From: Tubulanus polymorphus | Lineage: Eukaryota; Animalia; Nemertea | Direction: 5' to 3' | Assembly (NCBI RefSeq): GCF_964204645.1 | Contig: NC_134028.1 | Location: forward strand, 1,550,001 to 1,614,000 | Length of the DNA stretch: 64,000 nucleotides | In this document: piece after piece, positions 14,801 through 28,008 of the stretch | Numbering within the stretch: position 1 is the first letter of the stretch | Layout: every line of letters begins with the position of its first letter | The notes under the pieces: model-generated | Databases searched by the model: none | What the model was told of the DNA's origin: nothing | The model's input: the letters and a program-made list of their open reading frames with translations, nothing else | Program-made: the position numbers and the translations under genes

Positions 14801-16291
14801 TTTGGCGCACCTTTTCACCGTGGAACAAGTCAACAGTTGTGGTCTTTCACACGGACGACCAATCTGTCGCTTGTTTTTCGTTGACAAGCGATATTGCATT
14901 CGATACAAATTTAGATTTATTCGATAGGTTTTATTCAAGAGAAAAGGTTGAGCCGTCAGCCTTTTATCGGTCGCGAACAATATTTCATTATATAGATACC
15001 TGACCTGAATAAGAATTCGCTTATTATAACCGCGGTCGAATAGCGTAAAGCAAACACGAAACACGGCGTGGGTACAAGACCGAAACTCAATTAATAAATT
15101 GCACCAATGCATAATCAAACTACATAAATGAAACATAGGCGAAGGTCTTTCGAAGAAGAACTTTTCTTGTTATCTTGCATTAGTTATGACTTGCGAAGTT
15201 CTTTTTTTTTGCATAACCCGGTTATAAACTTTAAACAAGTTGTCGCAGCTGAAGACTGAATGCGAAGATTATTTTTGCACATATTTCTGCCATATCTGCG
15301 CGTAAACAACGGTGTTTCGGCAGGGGTGGAATTTACGGATGCAAAATCCAATGATAAACCACGGACTCGACGAATCCATGGATAAACCGATCAGTCATCG
15401 AATCTCGGTGGTCGAGACTTTCCGCCTGTAAATCAATGCGTTAGCACGACACACGCGGATTTTTTTCGTTCACCCGCCGAAATCTACTAAATCAGAATCG
15501 CTCAATTCTCCATAAACGATAATGGAGTTAACGGGAATCGAACGTGCCCGGACTCGAAGAACGTGATTACCGGGATTTCTCGTTCGATTCAATTGGAATC
15601 AACCCCTTAATCAGTAACACCGATAAACAATTCGAGCGCTGACGAAATTGCGTCGACGAAATACCGGAGTTAAATTGTTTAGACGATCGACTTTGAATGA
15701 AAGGACGATAGATAAACCAAATAACACGAGCGAATAACGAGGTTAACAAATAAATTGAAAATTCCTTTTTGGGATCTGGAACGACAGATTCTATTCCATT
15801 AAGGAAGTTTAGCTTCACGCAGAGTTCCCTAATCGAGTGGCAATTTACTAAACGTTTTAATAAAAGGGTAGAGTGGCGAAAGTTCACTTGTTCAGATGTG
15901 GCTTCTATCGATTTGTGGGGAAAGATATTTTTTCTATCCAACGTTTTTCTTTTTCTAATTTTCAGCAATACAAGTAAACGTCAACTCGCGCGATAGTTTG
16001 AATACGATGGTGAAATTTACGGTGACCGTCAATCAGATTTTCAAAAAAGGTCGAACGAAGATCAACCGCGGAGACAACGTATTCTTGTGGGTTTCCCAAC
16101 AAGATCTCGCCTGTAAGTGCCCGAAGATAAGAGTCGGTAGGCGCTACCTCGTTCTCAGCCATGACAACAACCAGAACGGACGGGATAGTCTGATCCTCGA
16201 CCGAAAAAGTATCGTGATGCCGTGGACGGAAAGATGGGGCAGGCGAGTGCGCAGATATGCAAAACAGGAGAAACGAAATAAGTGCCGATAG
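5642..16291 (+). CDS. netrin: Netrin (UNC-6/Netrin-1-like), 3' portion: LE-2 (duplicated), LE-3, linker and NTR/C345C domain; 5' exons lie upstream of the window
   Basis: GT-AG exons 5642-5830 or 5878-6066 (LE-2), 11640-11789 ([50 protein letters not shown]), 14196-14255, 14454-14525 ([23 protein letters not shown]), 15966-16291 (...[16 protein letters not shown]...[13 protein letters not shown]). All junctions are phase 1 and in frame; the motifs are characteristic of netrin-1. Confidence 0.96.
5878..6066 (+). CDS. netrin: Netrin LE-2 exon, copy B
   Basis: tttacag|CTTGTAAC...TGCAAAG|gtagg; 189 nt; [63 protein letters not shown]. Confidence 0.93.
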
Positions 16292-18933
16292 ATGGCGACA
16301 CTTGATATGATACTCTGCGCATATATGGATATCGCATGAACGTTGATGATGAGTGCGTCTTGGGGTCACACGAGTAAAAATAAACATTAATTTTTGAGAC
16401 TGCGAAGCGAGAAGAAATATCATAATAATCAATATCAATGTTTTATGATCCATAGCGAAAATATCTTTTCCTTATACGACTATACGTGTGACGTCATTGT
16501 AAATTTGAATGGCATTTCAACATTCCGGGTCAGGAACACAATAGTACGCGAAACGCAACAAAATTTCTGAACAGATTTGTTTCTCCTCTCTTGCATCATG
16601 GATGTTGTTTGTCCATGGATGGATCGACTAGAACTAAATATAAACTATCTTTGTTACGTCTATATTTAATACACACAGCAACTACGCATATACATATATA
16701 TAATCCAACGAATATTATAATAACTATATTAATAATAATACGATAATGATCATAGTAATGATATTAATGATTATATAGTCTAAGTATTATAATATTTCGA
16801 GCAGTGAAAAAAATTATCTTTGTGTGTATTTCCGTCATGTTGTAAACTGTTGATGATTTTCGATGAAAAAGTACAAGTCATTATTATTATCAATACTCAT
16901 AATGCATCGTAATAATAGAAATTTGTGTATATGTTTACTACTTACTCGATTAGAACAGTTTAAACTCTTGTAAATAAGTGAAGTATCTCTAAATGCAGAA
17001 GAAATAATGCTATTTAATATAAATAAGTAAAACAAGTCAATAACGTGAATGATTTACGAGGAGAAACGTTAATATTTTTATTGTGTTGATGTCGACGTCA
17101 AGCTCTGAAGTAGCTGGAATATAGAAGCTGTTTACGTAGGGCGGCGACAACGCTAAATCTGACTTGAAATGTTAATTGAAAAGGAAAGCAAAAGCTCATT
17201 ACGGTATATGGTATATATACGGGGAGAGATGTCCTGGGTCTTCGTCAAATTCAAAACTTTCTGTTTTTATTTTGCTTATCGAGGCTGAACTTTGTAGTAG
17301 TTATTCGTTTTGAAAAATAAAAGTCGAAATCCGCATTTCGAAGAATAGTAATATAAAAAAAACGATATAACAATATGAAATATCATTTTTATTCGAACGT
17401 AAGAGCAATAACTCGAAACATTAGCGCCAGTACACAAATCAGAATGGCTATTCGTAATATTGTCAGCGTACGTACGTCTTAATGATTGCCAGTAGACATT
17501 GTAATGTTAGGTCTTCTATCCTTTGTGATTAACTGTTATCCAGTAAATGTATAATAATTTATAAATTCTTCTTTTCTGTCGTTGGTTTTTTTTGTGGATT
17601 CGCATCTTCGATTTCTGTGAGAGTAAAATAGATGTCTATCCTGGGATATGAATTTCAAGTTATCGATATTAATTCAACGTCTCTTGACGTCAGCATCTAA
17701 TGTGTACAATCTCCACCAAGAAACACCGAGAATGGATGAAATTACGTAACATAAGATTTATTTACAGAAGTATCAATTCTATATACAGATACTAGTATAA
17801 TTAATAAATATTGTGATATTACAACATAATAGTTTCTTATAGAAATAATTGTCTCATTTGATAATAAATGTTTAACATTATCATCAGTCCTTTCAAAAAT
17901 GTCTCAAACCAATTTAATTCTACCACAAAAGATAAAGATTGAAGAAGTTGTTGGAATGATAGTATTATAGGTACGTGTACGAACCGAAGATAAAAATTCA
18001 TTCAAACATCTTTTACTAGTATCACATTAAATTCAATTATTCCTAGAAAACGATTCACACCAGTGCTTATGTAATTAGAATCGGAATTGTCTAGACTAGA
18101 CAATTTACAGGGCGGGCAAATTTCGTTTATCTTAAACCTTATTTTCCTGATGCACATTCACTTGAAAATCAAAAACGTATCACTTTTAATAAATATATCT
18201 TCGTGTTTTAGCACCAATACCTGAAAGCGGATAAGACATTTTTTAAAGTGAGATCAATTCGTGTTGTGGAGTAACAATATGAAACGGTAAGCCACAGAAT
18301 ATTCGAAACAGTTTCAAGTCGAAATCAGTGGAACGATAACGTCCAAGAATATTTGCATGAAGCTTTCAGTGACATGGAACTAGTCGGTACCTGGTAGGAA
18401 ATGAGAGTCCATTAATCTATATTCTATCATTATCTGTTAATTAAATATGCAACGCAAAATGGCACACAATGAATTATCGTTAAATGTACGTTTATAACGT
18501 CTGATTCCATCTCTACAGGAAACGATCTATTTTACCGAATCACGTAACCCAACAGGAAATGCACGAGAATTGATGCTCGGACTAAATTCATCGCGCTTAG
18601 TTGCGAGATATTTAAAATCACGCGGCCTAAATCACTGTTTAATGTAAAATTTGCCTTCGTGACCCGAAACAATAAACGCGCGAATATCGGACTATTTGCA
18701 AGAAACTGATCAAACTTTATCTCCCCGCACAGTTAGGCGCATAAACTTGTGTCTGACAAAGAATTCAATTACTCAGATTGGTCGCGCGATGTTTGCACGA
18801 AAACTGAGCGCGATTATTCGCATATAATCAGCCACGATTCAGAACAAAAATACTCATCTAGTTTATAAGTGAAAGGCATTAGATGCGTCGTGAATATCAA
18901 CTCACCGATTGGGGAAGAAGTCCTACAACTGTT

Positions 18934-21258
18934 TCATTTCTTCCCCGGCACACAGGCAACCGTGATTATGGCAATAAGCAGAAGTATAATGATCACCCAA
19001 TACCCTGAAAATAGATCAGACAGATTAACAAACCCTAGTAACTCGAGAGGGCGAGGAATTTATTACTGCTGATGCTTAAAGTACTTCATAAAACAGGGTT
19101 CGAACAATGATGTGGCTTTTTAAACTTACAACATGAAGAACTAGACTTTCGGTCGACAGTATGAATAGCGCGGGTGCCTTCCAATAGTCGCCGGTCAGTG
19201 TTATCCACATGATCGGTTATATCATCAATCAAGTCTACAAAATATTAAAAATACTAACTTATCAACACCAAGCTGAAGAAAGAAATGCCAATGAAAAATG
19301 AGGATCAGATAAGAAAACCGTAATGAATGTACCACCAACACCAAATGATCCGGATTGATAGTAGGTATCACTTACCATTTTGTGAATCAACTTCATCGCC
19401 GATATCCAGAGCCATGTTTTTCTGTCGTCTGACAATATCTGATAAAACTCCTAAACCTTCGTCTTGTTCTAAGAAAAGAATTATATCGACAAAATAGAAA
19501 AAAGCCAATGGATAAATCTCCAAGTGCGCATCCCAGTTTCTCAGAGATGTGGATTTAAATTTGACAATACAGTTATCAAATATCAAATTTTAATCTCATT
19601 TGATTAAATATTGATTTCGTACTAATATTACAACAAAACTCTCAAGGAGCAACAAAGAATGGAATTTCAGAAAATAAGAGAAAAAACATATACAGTTCAT
19701 CCACCACACCTGGCTACCGCCAAGTAAAAGCATGGTCCCGAATCAACTAAAATGCATTCAGCTTCCCATTTTGTTAACAATTGTTAATTTAAGAATTAAT
19801 TCTAACTCATATGCGTGAAACTAGGTCCTAAATAATTACAAGTAGTTTTACCTTTGATCATAAGCTGTTGTTTGGCTCGCATTTCACCGACAGATAAAGC
19901 AGGTGTGTCTTGTTCGTCCCACGTATCTCGACTTCTTCCGTCAGCTCCTCCAAACAATTGTGATCTAAAGTGATAATGATACATCCCCTGTAGAATTGAT
20001 GAATAATAAGCCTTTCAGTTTAGATCGAGATCATGGAGCTGGCTTTCATTCGACATTATATAGTCAATAGGATCAATGACAAAGATCCCGATTAAATAGA
20101 ATAAGTTTCACAGGATGTAAATTCACCACCTATCCTCGAAACATCATATCCACAAAAACATGAAGACAGGACATCTTTACTAATGTTTCTTACTTTGATG
20201 CATCCGATGTTTCATTCCTGAAAGCCTGGTCGATGCGAGTTTCTAATGTACACAGCTGATCCATCAAATTCTGTCTACGATCGGCTTCACGAGATGATCT
20301 GAGATGTACAGTTAAAGGATTAACACAGAAATAAGGAAGTAAATATTTTGCCATTCGGTATTCTAGTAAACACTATTTTGCATATACAAAAGATTAGAAA
20401 AATAACTTTTACAATTAGAGTTTGAAACAAAATCCGAGTAAGATTTCAGGGTTTGGGTTAGGTCCAGGGTTAGATTTAAGGGTTATGGGGAGTTAAATGA
20501 CAAGCATTAGGTTGTGAACTACATGTATATGTAGTTAAAGGAAGCTTATGAACTGATGGTCACCAACATTAGTTACCAATCAGAATGAGCTAGAGGCAAA
20601 ATCGAAGCGTCTACAAGAATAATACCGCATTGGGAAAATGTCCACTTACGAGAACCAACAGGAAAAATCTATGAATTAATTTCAGAATTGCGGCTTTAAA
20701 ATAAAACGCGTTTAAAATAATCCCTTGTGACTATAGGAAGTGATATATCTCCAATGGTTTTCTTAATAAAACGGATACAGACTTCGAGCTGATTTCATTA
20801 GATTCTGTCGCAGATCGCTGATTTTTGCAGCAAACTGTTTTATCTCTTGACGAATTTGAGTATTTAACTGTAATGACATCAAAATCAACAATTAAAACTG
20901 AACAACAAGTCGCGAAGTTTAAAACACTACGAGCAAAATTGTAACATACTTTCACTGGATTCGCTCCAGTTCTCTTCATGGCATTTCTTTCGTGAATCAT
21001 CTCCATGATGCGTTGTCCGATCTTGTCGGAAACGTCGTAATCTTGTATCCTAAAAAAAGACACCCGCAATTACTTCCAAAAAACGGCCACCTTTCCATTG
21101 CGCAGTTAAAACACCGCTATTCTGGAATCTTTAAGGCAAGTGCATGAGTCGTAAAGCAAACCTATGCCTGCCTAAAGAGCTGTTAACAGCAATCATAAAC
21201 ATTGGAAATTAAACAATTGGTTACAGGGAAATGAAACCTACCATTTGTCTCCAGCCAT
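18934..21258 (-). CDS. STX8: Syntaxin-8 (Qc-SNARE), complete, 8 coding exons
   Basis: Exons 21258-21242 (MAGDKW), 21049-20950 (IQDYDVSDKIGQRIMEMIHERNAMKRTGANPVK), 20867-20779, 20298-20194 (SSREADRRQNLMDQL), 19964-19852, 19468-19376 (EQDEGLGVLSDIVRRQKNMALDIGDEVDSQN), 19234-19130 (DLIDDITDHVDNTDRRL), 19004-18934 (WYWVIIILLLIAIITVACVPGKK*, C-terminal TM). Phases are consistent; the SNARE motif and DRRQNL motif match STX8. Confidence 0.93.
20299..20778 (-). other. U12-type (minor spliceosome) GT-AG intron, STX8 intron 3
   Basis: 5' splice site GTATCCGTTT (U12 consensus RTATCCTTT); branch-point-like TCCTTTAAC ending 12 nt before the exon; no long pyrimidine tract. Confidence 0.72.
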
Positions 21259-22029
21259 AGTGGAAGCTTTCTTCAACTTCGAGTGGGTGACTTCTGGATT
21301 GGAGTCAGAGATAGGTGACGTTAGTAACCTGGTAACCTGCTACTAGTGGCTGGAATTGGGAGATAAGATAGGCATTTAATTTGGCCTAATCAATACTAAA
21401 ATAGAAGTTGCAATAACTTGCAAAGTGATTAAGACGACGTGTGTCCATGATCTGATTTGATTTATTGTGAAAAAAAGATATACCGTAAAAACTGCACTGA
21501 ATAAACGACGAATGTTCCAATCTTAATTCATTTATTGGCAAAACTGTTTAGCAGCGGGTGTACGTGTTCCTAGAGATATATTTACCCTACACGAAGTTTG
21601 GAGTTTTCTGGGAATTTTTGGAGCTGGTGTTTTCTAATTTCGGGATTCGAGCCTGATTATTGCGACCAATTCAATTCAATAGTGTGGAGCGCGTGGTTCG
21701 AATTCCGGCATGGCGGGGCGCTGCTGTAATATTATTATGTTTTAGATAGATTTTAAACGGTGCTAGTTAGAAAATGGACCATTTTAAGAACGTGACCACC
21801 TAAATGTTTAGTTGCCCCGCGGTACTCCTGCCGGGAGGGCTCTTGTCGTTACACGCGTGGGTAGCCAGTGACTCGCTCATCGGGACCCTCCTCTTTCCTC
21901 GCACCACAACTTTACCGATCACATGACGGGAAGTGTTTACTTTTATTACATGCAAACGCAGGAAAAGTTCGCAAGTTTTCACATGAAGTTGAGTTGGCAG
22001 TGGTTCGGGTGTGATTGAGTAGCGGCACA
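21259..22029. promoter_or_regulatory. Head-to-head STX8/fringe promoter interval (771 bp between ATGs)
   Basis: Divergent start codons at 21258 (-) and 22030 (+); contains CCAAT (~21666), a GC box GGCGGGGCG (~21712) and an ETS-like GGAAGTG (~21929). TSSs are not determined. Confidence 0.55.
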
Positions 22030-25000
22030 ATGCGTCATAGGTTGAACAAGATAATTCGATTGACAATTAGCGTCGTTTCTATGATGTGCTGTTTATTAAT
22101 AGTTGCGCAAGTTGGAAATCTGGAGGAATCTGATAATAATAATTTACGATTGATTATCGATCGCTCGGGGGCTGGAATACCCGAGACTATCGTTAAGAAA
22201 ACCGTCAGTGAAAATCATGATGACAGCTCGTATAGGAATTTCGTCCGTCGAACTTTACAAAAAACGGAGCGAAACGGCACGAAGCTGTATTATTACGTTA
22301 AAGTGAGAAGAAAAATACCAGCAGCGGCTAAACTTCGTCTCGACCATCCGAACAACCGCATTCCTCTGACAGCTACCACCAGACCGACAGAAATATCGGA
22401 TTTATTCATCAGTGTGAAAACGACTAAGAAATATCACCGAGAACGTTTAGATGTCATATTGAATACTTGGTTTAAACTCGCTAGAGAACAGGTAGGCAGG
22501 CTATAATAACCTACAAAAATTACCGTAATTTCTATAAAATAGAATAATTGGGTCTCTGATTATAGTGGTATTCTAGTATGTATGTATGTATGCCCTACTC
22601 TACTGGTGGCGCGTAATGTTCTAGGGTTTTAGTGCTAGAACTGTTATTGTGAAAAACTATGACAATCAGGCGTTAGTTAATAGTAGGACACTATATAATG
22701 AGGAATGTTGTGAATATCATTATTAACGGTTTAACAACTGTAGACCTTTTATTATAGTGAGACAATGTAATTGGTATCTAAATTATTGTCAATTGATTTA
22801 ATGAGAGAAACAGAATTTCCAGTCGTTTCTCGTGACTAGCGATTCACAGATAAAACGACTATAACTTTAGGCAATGTCAGTAAAGATATGAATAGCATAC
22901 ACTGCGTAAACAAATTTTCAAAAACTTGAATCTTCTCGTACACTGCCCCTGCTGGCAATAGCTCTATATATTTTCAATGATAATTCACGCTCTATTCTTA
23001 ACGTCTTATTTCGAGTTTCGTTTGAGCTAAAAATAAGCGTTCTAACCGCCGACCGACCGGTACCTGTGTGGGAAGCTGGCTAGTCTCATTGTACCATAAA
23101 AAAACGTCTTAGCCTACATTGTGACACATCTTGTATCGAAAACTATTCTTTCCCTTTTCAATAGAAGCCTTTTCTGATTTTGCACCTGCATCTTTATTCA
23201 ACGACTCCCAATTCATGTCGGCGCCGTGCGATATATTTTTAACCGTTTAAAATTTTAGGTCAGAGACCGTGATTTGAAAAACTTCTTTTCTTCGCGCGAT
23301 GCAACAGGTCTGTGAGCATTTCTCACCCCGATCAGAATGAAAATTAACTACATTTATCTGACATCAGAAATTACTATTATTTTTGCCACACAGTCAATTT
23401 CGATTAGACTTGTTTTTATAACTGGTCCCCTCTTGTTGATTCAGCAGTTTACCGTTAAGTATATATAAACATTGCTATGTTGCTCTGGTCTCTGCGCCTT
23501 CGAGTGTTTTTTGAAGATATGATTTCACTGGAAACACATACAAATAACGCGCGCACCAACTCGATCAAGGTAGAGAATACCACGCCATGCTTAACATTGT
23601 CTGACATCATTAAATGGCCCAGTTCCCACAGACAGCTACAAACATCAGCGCTGAGTCTAGTTCTATTATCAAAATGATCAGATTTTAGGGCCCATAACTT
23701 TCTTGGAAATATGATTTTAAAGTTTTATAAAATAAGCTGAGAATATCGATGTCAGAGTTACCGTTTCTGATAGGTATCGAAGGAAGCTTCATTTTTTGTC
23801 AAATATCTGGGAAATATAGATGCCGGGCAGGTGTTCGACAGTAGTTCAGCTGCGGGACACCCTGAGGTCACACGAGAAATTCCAACGGTTGGTTACAATC
23901 GCAAAAAACCACTTATCTGTGTGTGGTGCTATGCTATGAAAAACTCGTTTTGAATAAATAGTGCGAGGATTGCCTATTATAGTTTTGAGGATCCTTCTTA
24001 TCCTTATCGTATGAATTATCAGTTGTCAAGTGTGTTGACACTTGTCATATCTGATTCACAATTATTGTTGCTAAGGGCTTCGTCATTTATCGGTTAGAGA
24101 GGCAGTTTCCCTTTTTCTCATGAATAGACCTGCCCAGCGTATCACAGATGATCTTCAAATACTCAAACTGTTTCTGTGTACTTTTTGGTTGAAGGGCCCT
24201 GATGACCGCATTCATAGTTTGGATAAATGATCGGAACCATATTGAAAGAATGTTATGTTTTTATATTTTGTAGACACATTTCTTCACAGACTCTGATGAT
24301 CATGAATACCAAATGAAAACAAGTAAGCTAATCATTAGTCTATCAATGTCTTTAGAATGGAAGTTGCCAGTTGATCTTGTAAGGATAAAATACTGCTTAT
24401 ACAGTGGAACCTCGTGACGATTTATCAGTTATTACAAACCTAGAATTTCTCTCCTAATATGACAATTTTAATCATTTCAAAATGGATACGACAAACTATC
24501 GGTAAAAACAATAGATTTGCTGGTCTCGTGAAGTTTGGTGTTGTAAGAAGTGAAGTTTGGTGTTGTAACAAGCCACCGCTGTATTATGTGTGTATTTACT
24601 GCATCTATAGCAGAAATCTACATTTTGATGGGGGATAAAATGAACCACTGTGAGGAAGATACTGTATGGGAAAAAGTTCCCACAGCCACTCACTACCGGG
24701 GGGGGGGGGGGGGATCGGTGATCTATAACAAACTGATAGCAGGTAAAAACTGTGAAACAGATAAACAATGATTCACGACTAGAAACATTGAGGCTTTTAT
24801 TTCACTGATTTGGGAAACTTAGTCATTTATTTGTACTAATCTCATCCGAGTTTTCAAACAAACCGATAAAAAACCAGGAAAAAGTTGATAGCTTATTCGG
24901 CAGGCTATACAAATTTCCATGACTGAACTATTTACCAATAGGAAAATGTAGTACCAGACGAAAATAGTTTGTCCTAGTTTTTTTTGGGCACTCTACACGT

Positions 25001-28000
25001 TTCAAGCGCAGGCGACCGAAGTTGAAGAGGTTCCAAGCCCTAAAAAAGAATAAAAGTTTAGCCTATTTTTTCCTAGGTGATTTTTCTCATGACCTGCACC
25101 TCGTGTATGCCGGTTGATTTTGAACTCATGTGTTCACTGTAGATACTTGGCTGTCAGTAATGATGTTAATCCTTTATCTGTTCAACATCAGCAGCTCATT
25201 TTCACTTCTAACTGATAATAATGAGAAGCATATGCGGAGCAAACCTTTTGTAATGAGATACAAACTGAAGTCAGTGAGATTTTGTTGCTGGTGATGATGG
25301 ATCATTCAATAGTGTGTGATACTGTGTGATCTATGGAGTTCCTTTCAAGACAAGCTCTACTCTCTCAATCCTGTGTCTTATTATTGAGCCTACAGGCTTT
25401 TACTTGTAATCCATTCATAGCCTGGATTCTATTGACTGTTAATATCCGGTCACCAGAATGACCATTGTATCCGGATTAACCCTAAAGCTATAGGCAAAAG
25501 GACAGGATAGGAATCAAAGCATGGACTCTCTAACGTTTTGGGGTACATGATCTAAAGGAACATAGAACTAGCCATGATGCACATGAAGCGCGATGCACAC
25601 AACGCAGAAACAGGAGACCGAAACATTTTGTTGAGTGACTGTGTTTACGAAAAATGAGAAACATGGTTTCGGGAACAACATATATATGAGATCAAACATG
25701 TTTGTTTCCGTGTGCCGTGTGCTTTGGGCTGAGGGAAAACTCATACTATACGCTGGGATCAGTGTCCCTCTGATAATCTATTTTCACGCACCCTGTAATA
25801 AACCTAGTTACCTAGCTAGTTATCAGGTTTCACTAGTATGTGAGGTAAATCATTGTTGACAGGGTCTGTCTTCTGCTACTGTATAACTGGTGATAAACTA
25901 ATAAAATCAGCTATGCTGTAATTAGGTGCTGATAACGCTATATTTATATAGAAAACACATTGATGAAAAGAAGCCTCTTCCATAGAAACATTTGTAGCAC
26001 TGTTGGGGGCTGGTTATATTTGCAGTTTAGTCAACCAACCTTGTTACCAAAATAGTTTCCATCATCCCCTGGTCATAGATTTGCATATTATTATCATGCT
26101 ACTGACCACCAGACAAACTGACATTACACGTGTTCCTTTAATCATAGAATTAATATTTTTATTTTCAGATGGCCGTATGATAAATACAAATTGTAGTGCA
26201 AGCCATAACAGGTACGTTAAGCGGGCCGCCAGGGTTTTTCATCGATCATTTTGATAATCTTCTAATCGTTGATCGTCTGAAGGTGGACACAAGTTTTCCA
26301 CAAAGATAACTTGATATCCGCTGACCTGAAAAATTCTCATTTATTAGTCTACAAGGCTCAGTCACTTTGTTATATGTCAATCAGTTATTATGATTTACAT
26401 CAAATGATTTACTTGTCGTTTTCTGTGGTATATTCGCTATTCAACTCAAATATAATAGCTTATTGTATCCTTGCCGGAGGTCAGAGCAGGAAAGTGTGGG
26501 AATGCATTTTATCGTTCAGCTTCTCGGCAGTTTACGGAGAGCTAATGAGGAGTGCGATGGGGGAGGACAGGCACTTCATACGGCAGTAAACATGAATATC
26601 GAATCAAAACTCGCCTAAACAGGGACTTTGTATCATTTTCCAAGAAAAGCTATGAATTTTCAAGTTGTGGTACGAGTATTAGTCAGATTTTCTCTACATA
26701 TTATCTTTAAACGATGATAGAGCCGGTTTTTACGGGAAATTCCTTCACACTATTTCCTCGCTCGATGCTGCCATCTATCGTCGGTTGAGCGAACCACAAG
26801 CATTCTAAAAAACTAATCGTCACGTTCATTTTCAGAAAGGACCTGTGTTGTAAGATGTCTGCTGAATACGACAAGTTTATTTCTTCCAATAAAAGGTAAA
26901 CTGATTTATGTAATTATAATTTTAAACTCCAATTACAAAAAAGTAAACTAAGTCTCTTTGCTGTCACAATTTGTATAACATGTTATAATACATTTTTTGT
27001 ATATATTTTCAGGTGGTTTTGTCATGTTGATGATGACACATATGTAAACATACCACGGTTGGTAAATGTATTACGTAAATACAACGATTCTAAACCGTGG
27101 TACATTGGAAAACCAAGTCTGAACCACCCGATTGAAACAGCTAATACCGACTTACCCGGTGTAAATATCTATTTCATTATCACCTAAAATTGATGTAATC
27201 AATTAAGAAAATCTATCCGACTGAAAATGAATGTGAATAATTTTTTTTTAAATTTCAGCATAAATTTCTGTTTTGGTTTGCGACAGGAGGAGCTGGTTTC
27301 TGTTTGAGTCGGGCCCTCGCTCTAGCAATGCTGCCCTACAGCGGGTAAGCTTGTCTGATAGCTGGACTTTAAAAATTTGAAAATACAGTGAAAAACAATG
27401 TTTGTATACCGGTATTTCAATTTGCTTCTCTTCTTCCAGAGGCGGAAAATTCCAGAGTGTTTGCAACAAAATTCGTTTGCCCGATGACTGCAGTATTGGT
27501 TACATAATTAGTAAGTATTCATCTCTGAAGACAAATGGTTCTGATTATTTCCATCATATCAGGATAATCATTGATTCAAATGATTTCTCATTTCAGCTCA
27601 ATATCTCAAAGTTGATTTAACTGTAGAAAAAGATTTTCATTCTCATCTCGAAGGCCTCGCACTTCTCAACCCGACGAGGCTTCACCAATATGTATGTAGC
27701 GATTAATTGTCATTGATTTGAGAAAATCTAGTTGTATGAAATATTTTTAGTTTTTTGTTTGTGTTGATCGTTTTGATTTCAGATAACATTAAGTTATTCT
27801 CCGAGTGGTGGGAGGCCTAACGTGATAAATATTCCCGGATTTCCTTTTAAGGATGATCCAACAAGGTATTTATTTTTACTTGTATTATATATTTGGAACC
27901 CTGAATAGAATAAGAAATGATTTTTAGAAAGTTTTCATTTCATAATTTTACAGGTTTTATTCGATTCATTGTAAGCTGTTTCCACATCTAAAATCCTGTC

Positions 28001-28008
28001 CAACGTGA
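22030..28008 (+). CDS. fng: Fringe beta-1,3-N-acetylglucosaminyltransferase (Notch modifier), complete, 10 coding exons
   Basis: Exons 22030-22491 (signal anchor; DLFISVKTTKKYHRERLDVILNTWF), 24274-24322 (THFFTDSDD), 26169-26211 (INTNCSASHN), 26836-26895 (LCCKMSAEYDKF), 27013-27160 (WFCHVDDDTYVN, DDD motif), 27259-27344 (FWFATGGAGFCLSRALA), 27440-27510 (IRLPDDCSIGYII), 27597-27691 (FHSHLE), 27783-27865, 27954-28008 (RFYSIHCKLFPHLKSCPT*). Confidence 0.96.

Noticed and set aside
20445-20490. Degenerate TTAGGG-like repeats (also at 39153-39227)
   Set aside because: Only 2-4 imperfect units; too short to call interstitial telomeric sequence.
21640-21720. tRNA-like GGTTCGAATTCC / GGGATTCGAGCC motifs in the STX8-fringe promoter
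   Set aside because: I could not fold a cloverleaf or find an A box and anticodon arm, so it is not called a tRNA.
24400-24415. TA-CAGTGGAACCTCG, a Tc1/mariner-like terminus
   Set aside because: No matching opposite TIR was found; at most a fragment.
24665-24684. Su(H) paired site (SPS) interpretation of TATGGGAA-aaag-TTCCCACA
   Set aside because: The 4-bp spacing is far from the ~15-17 bp of a canonical SPS; kept only as individual sites.
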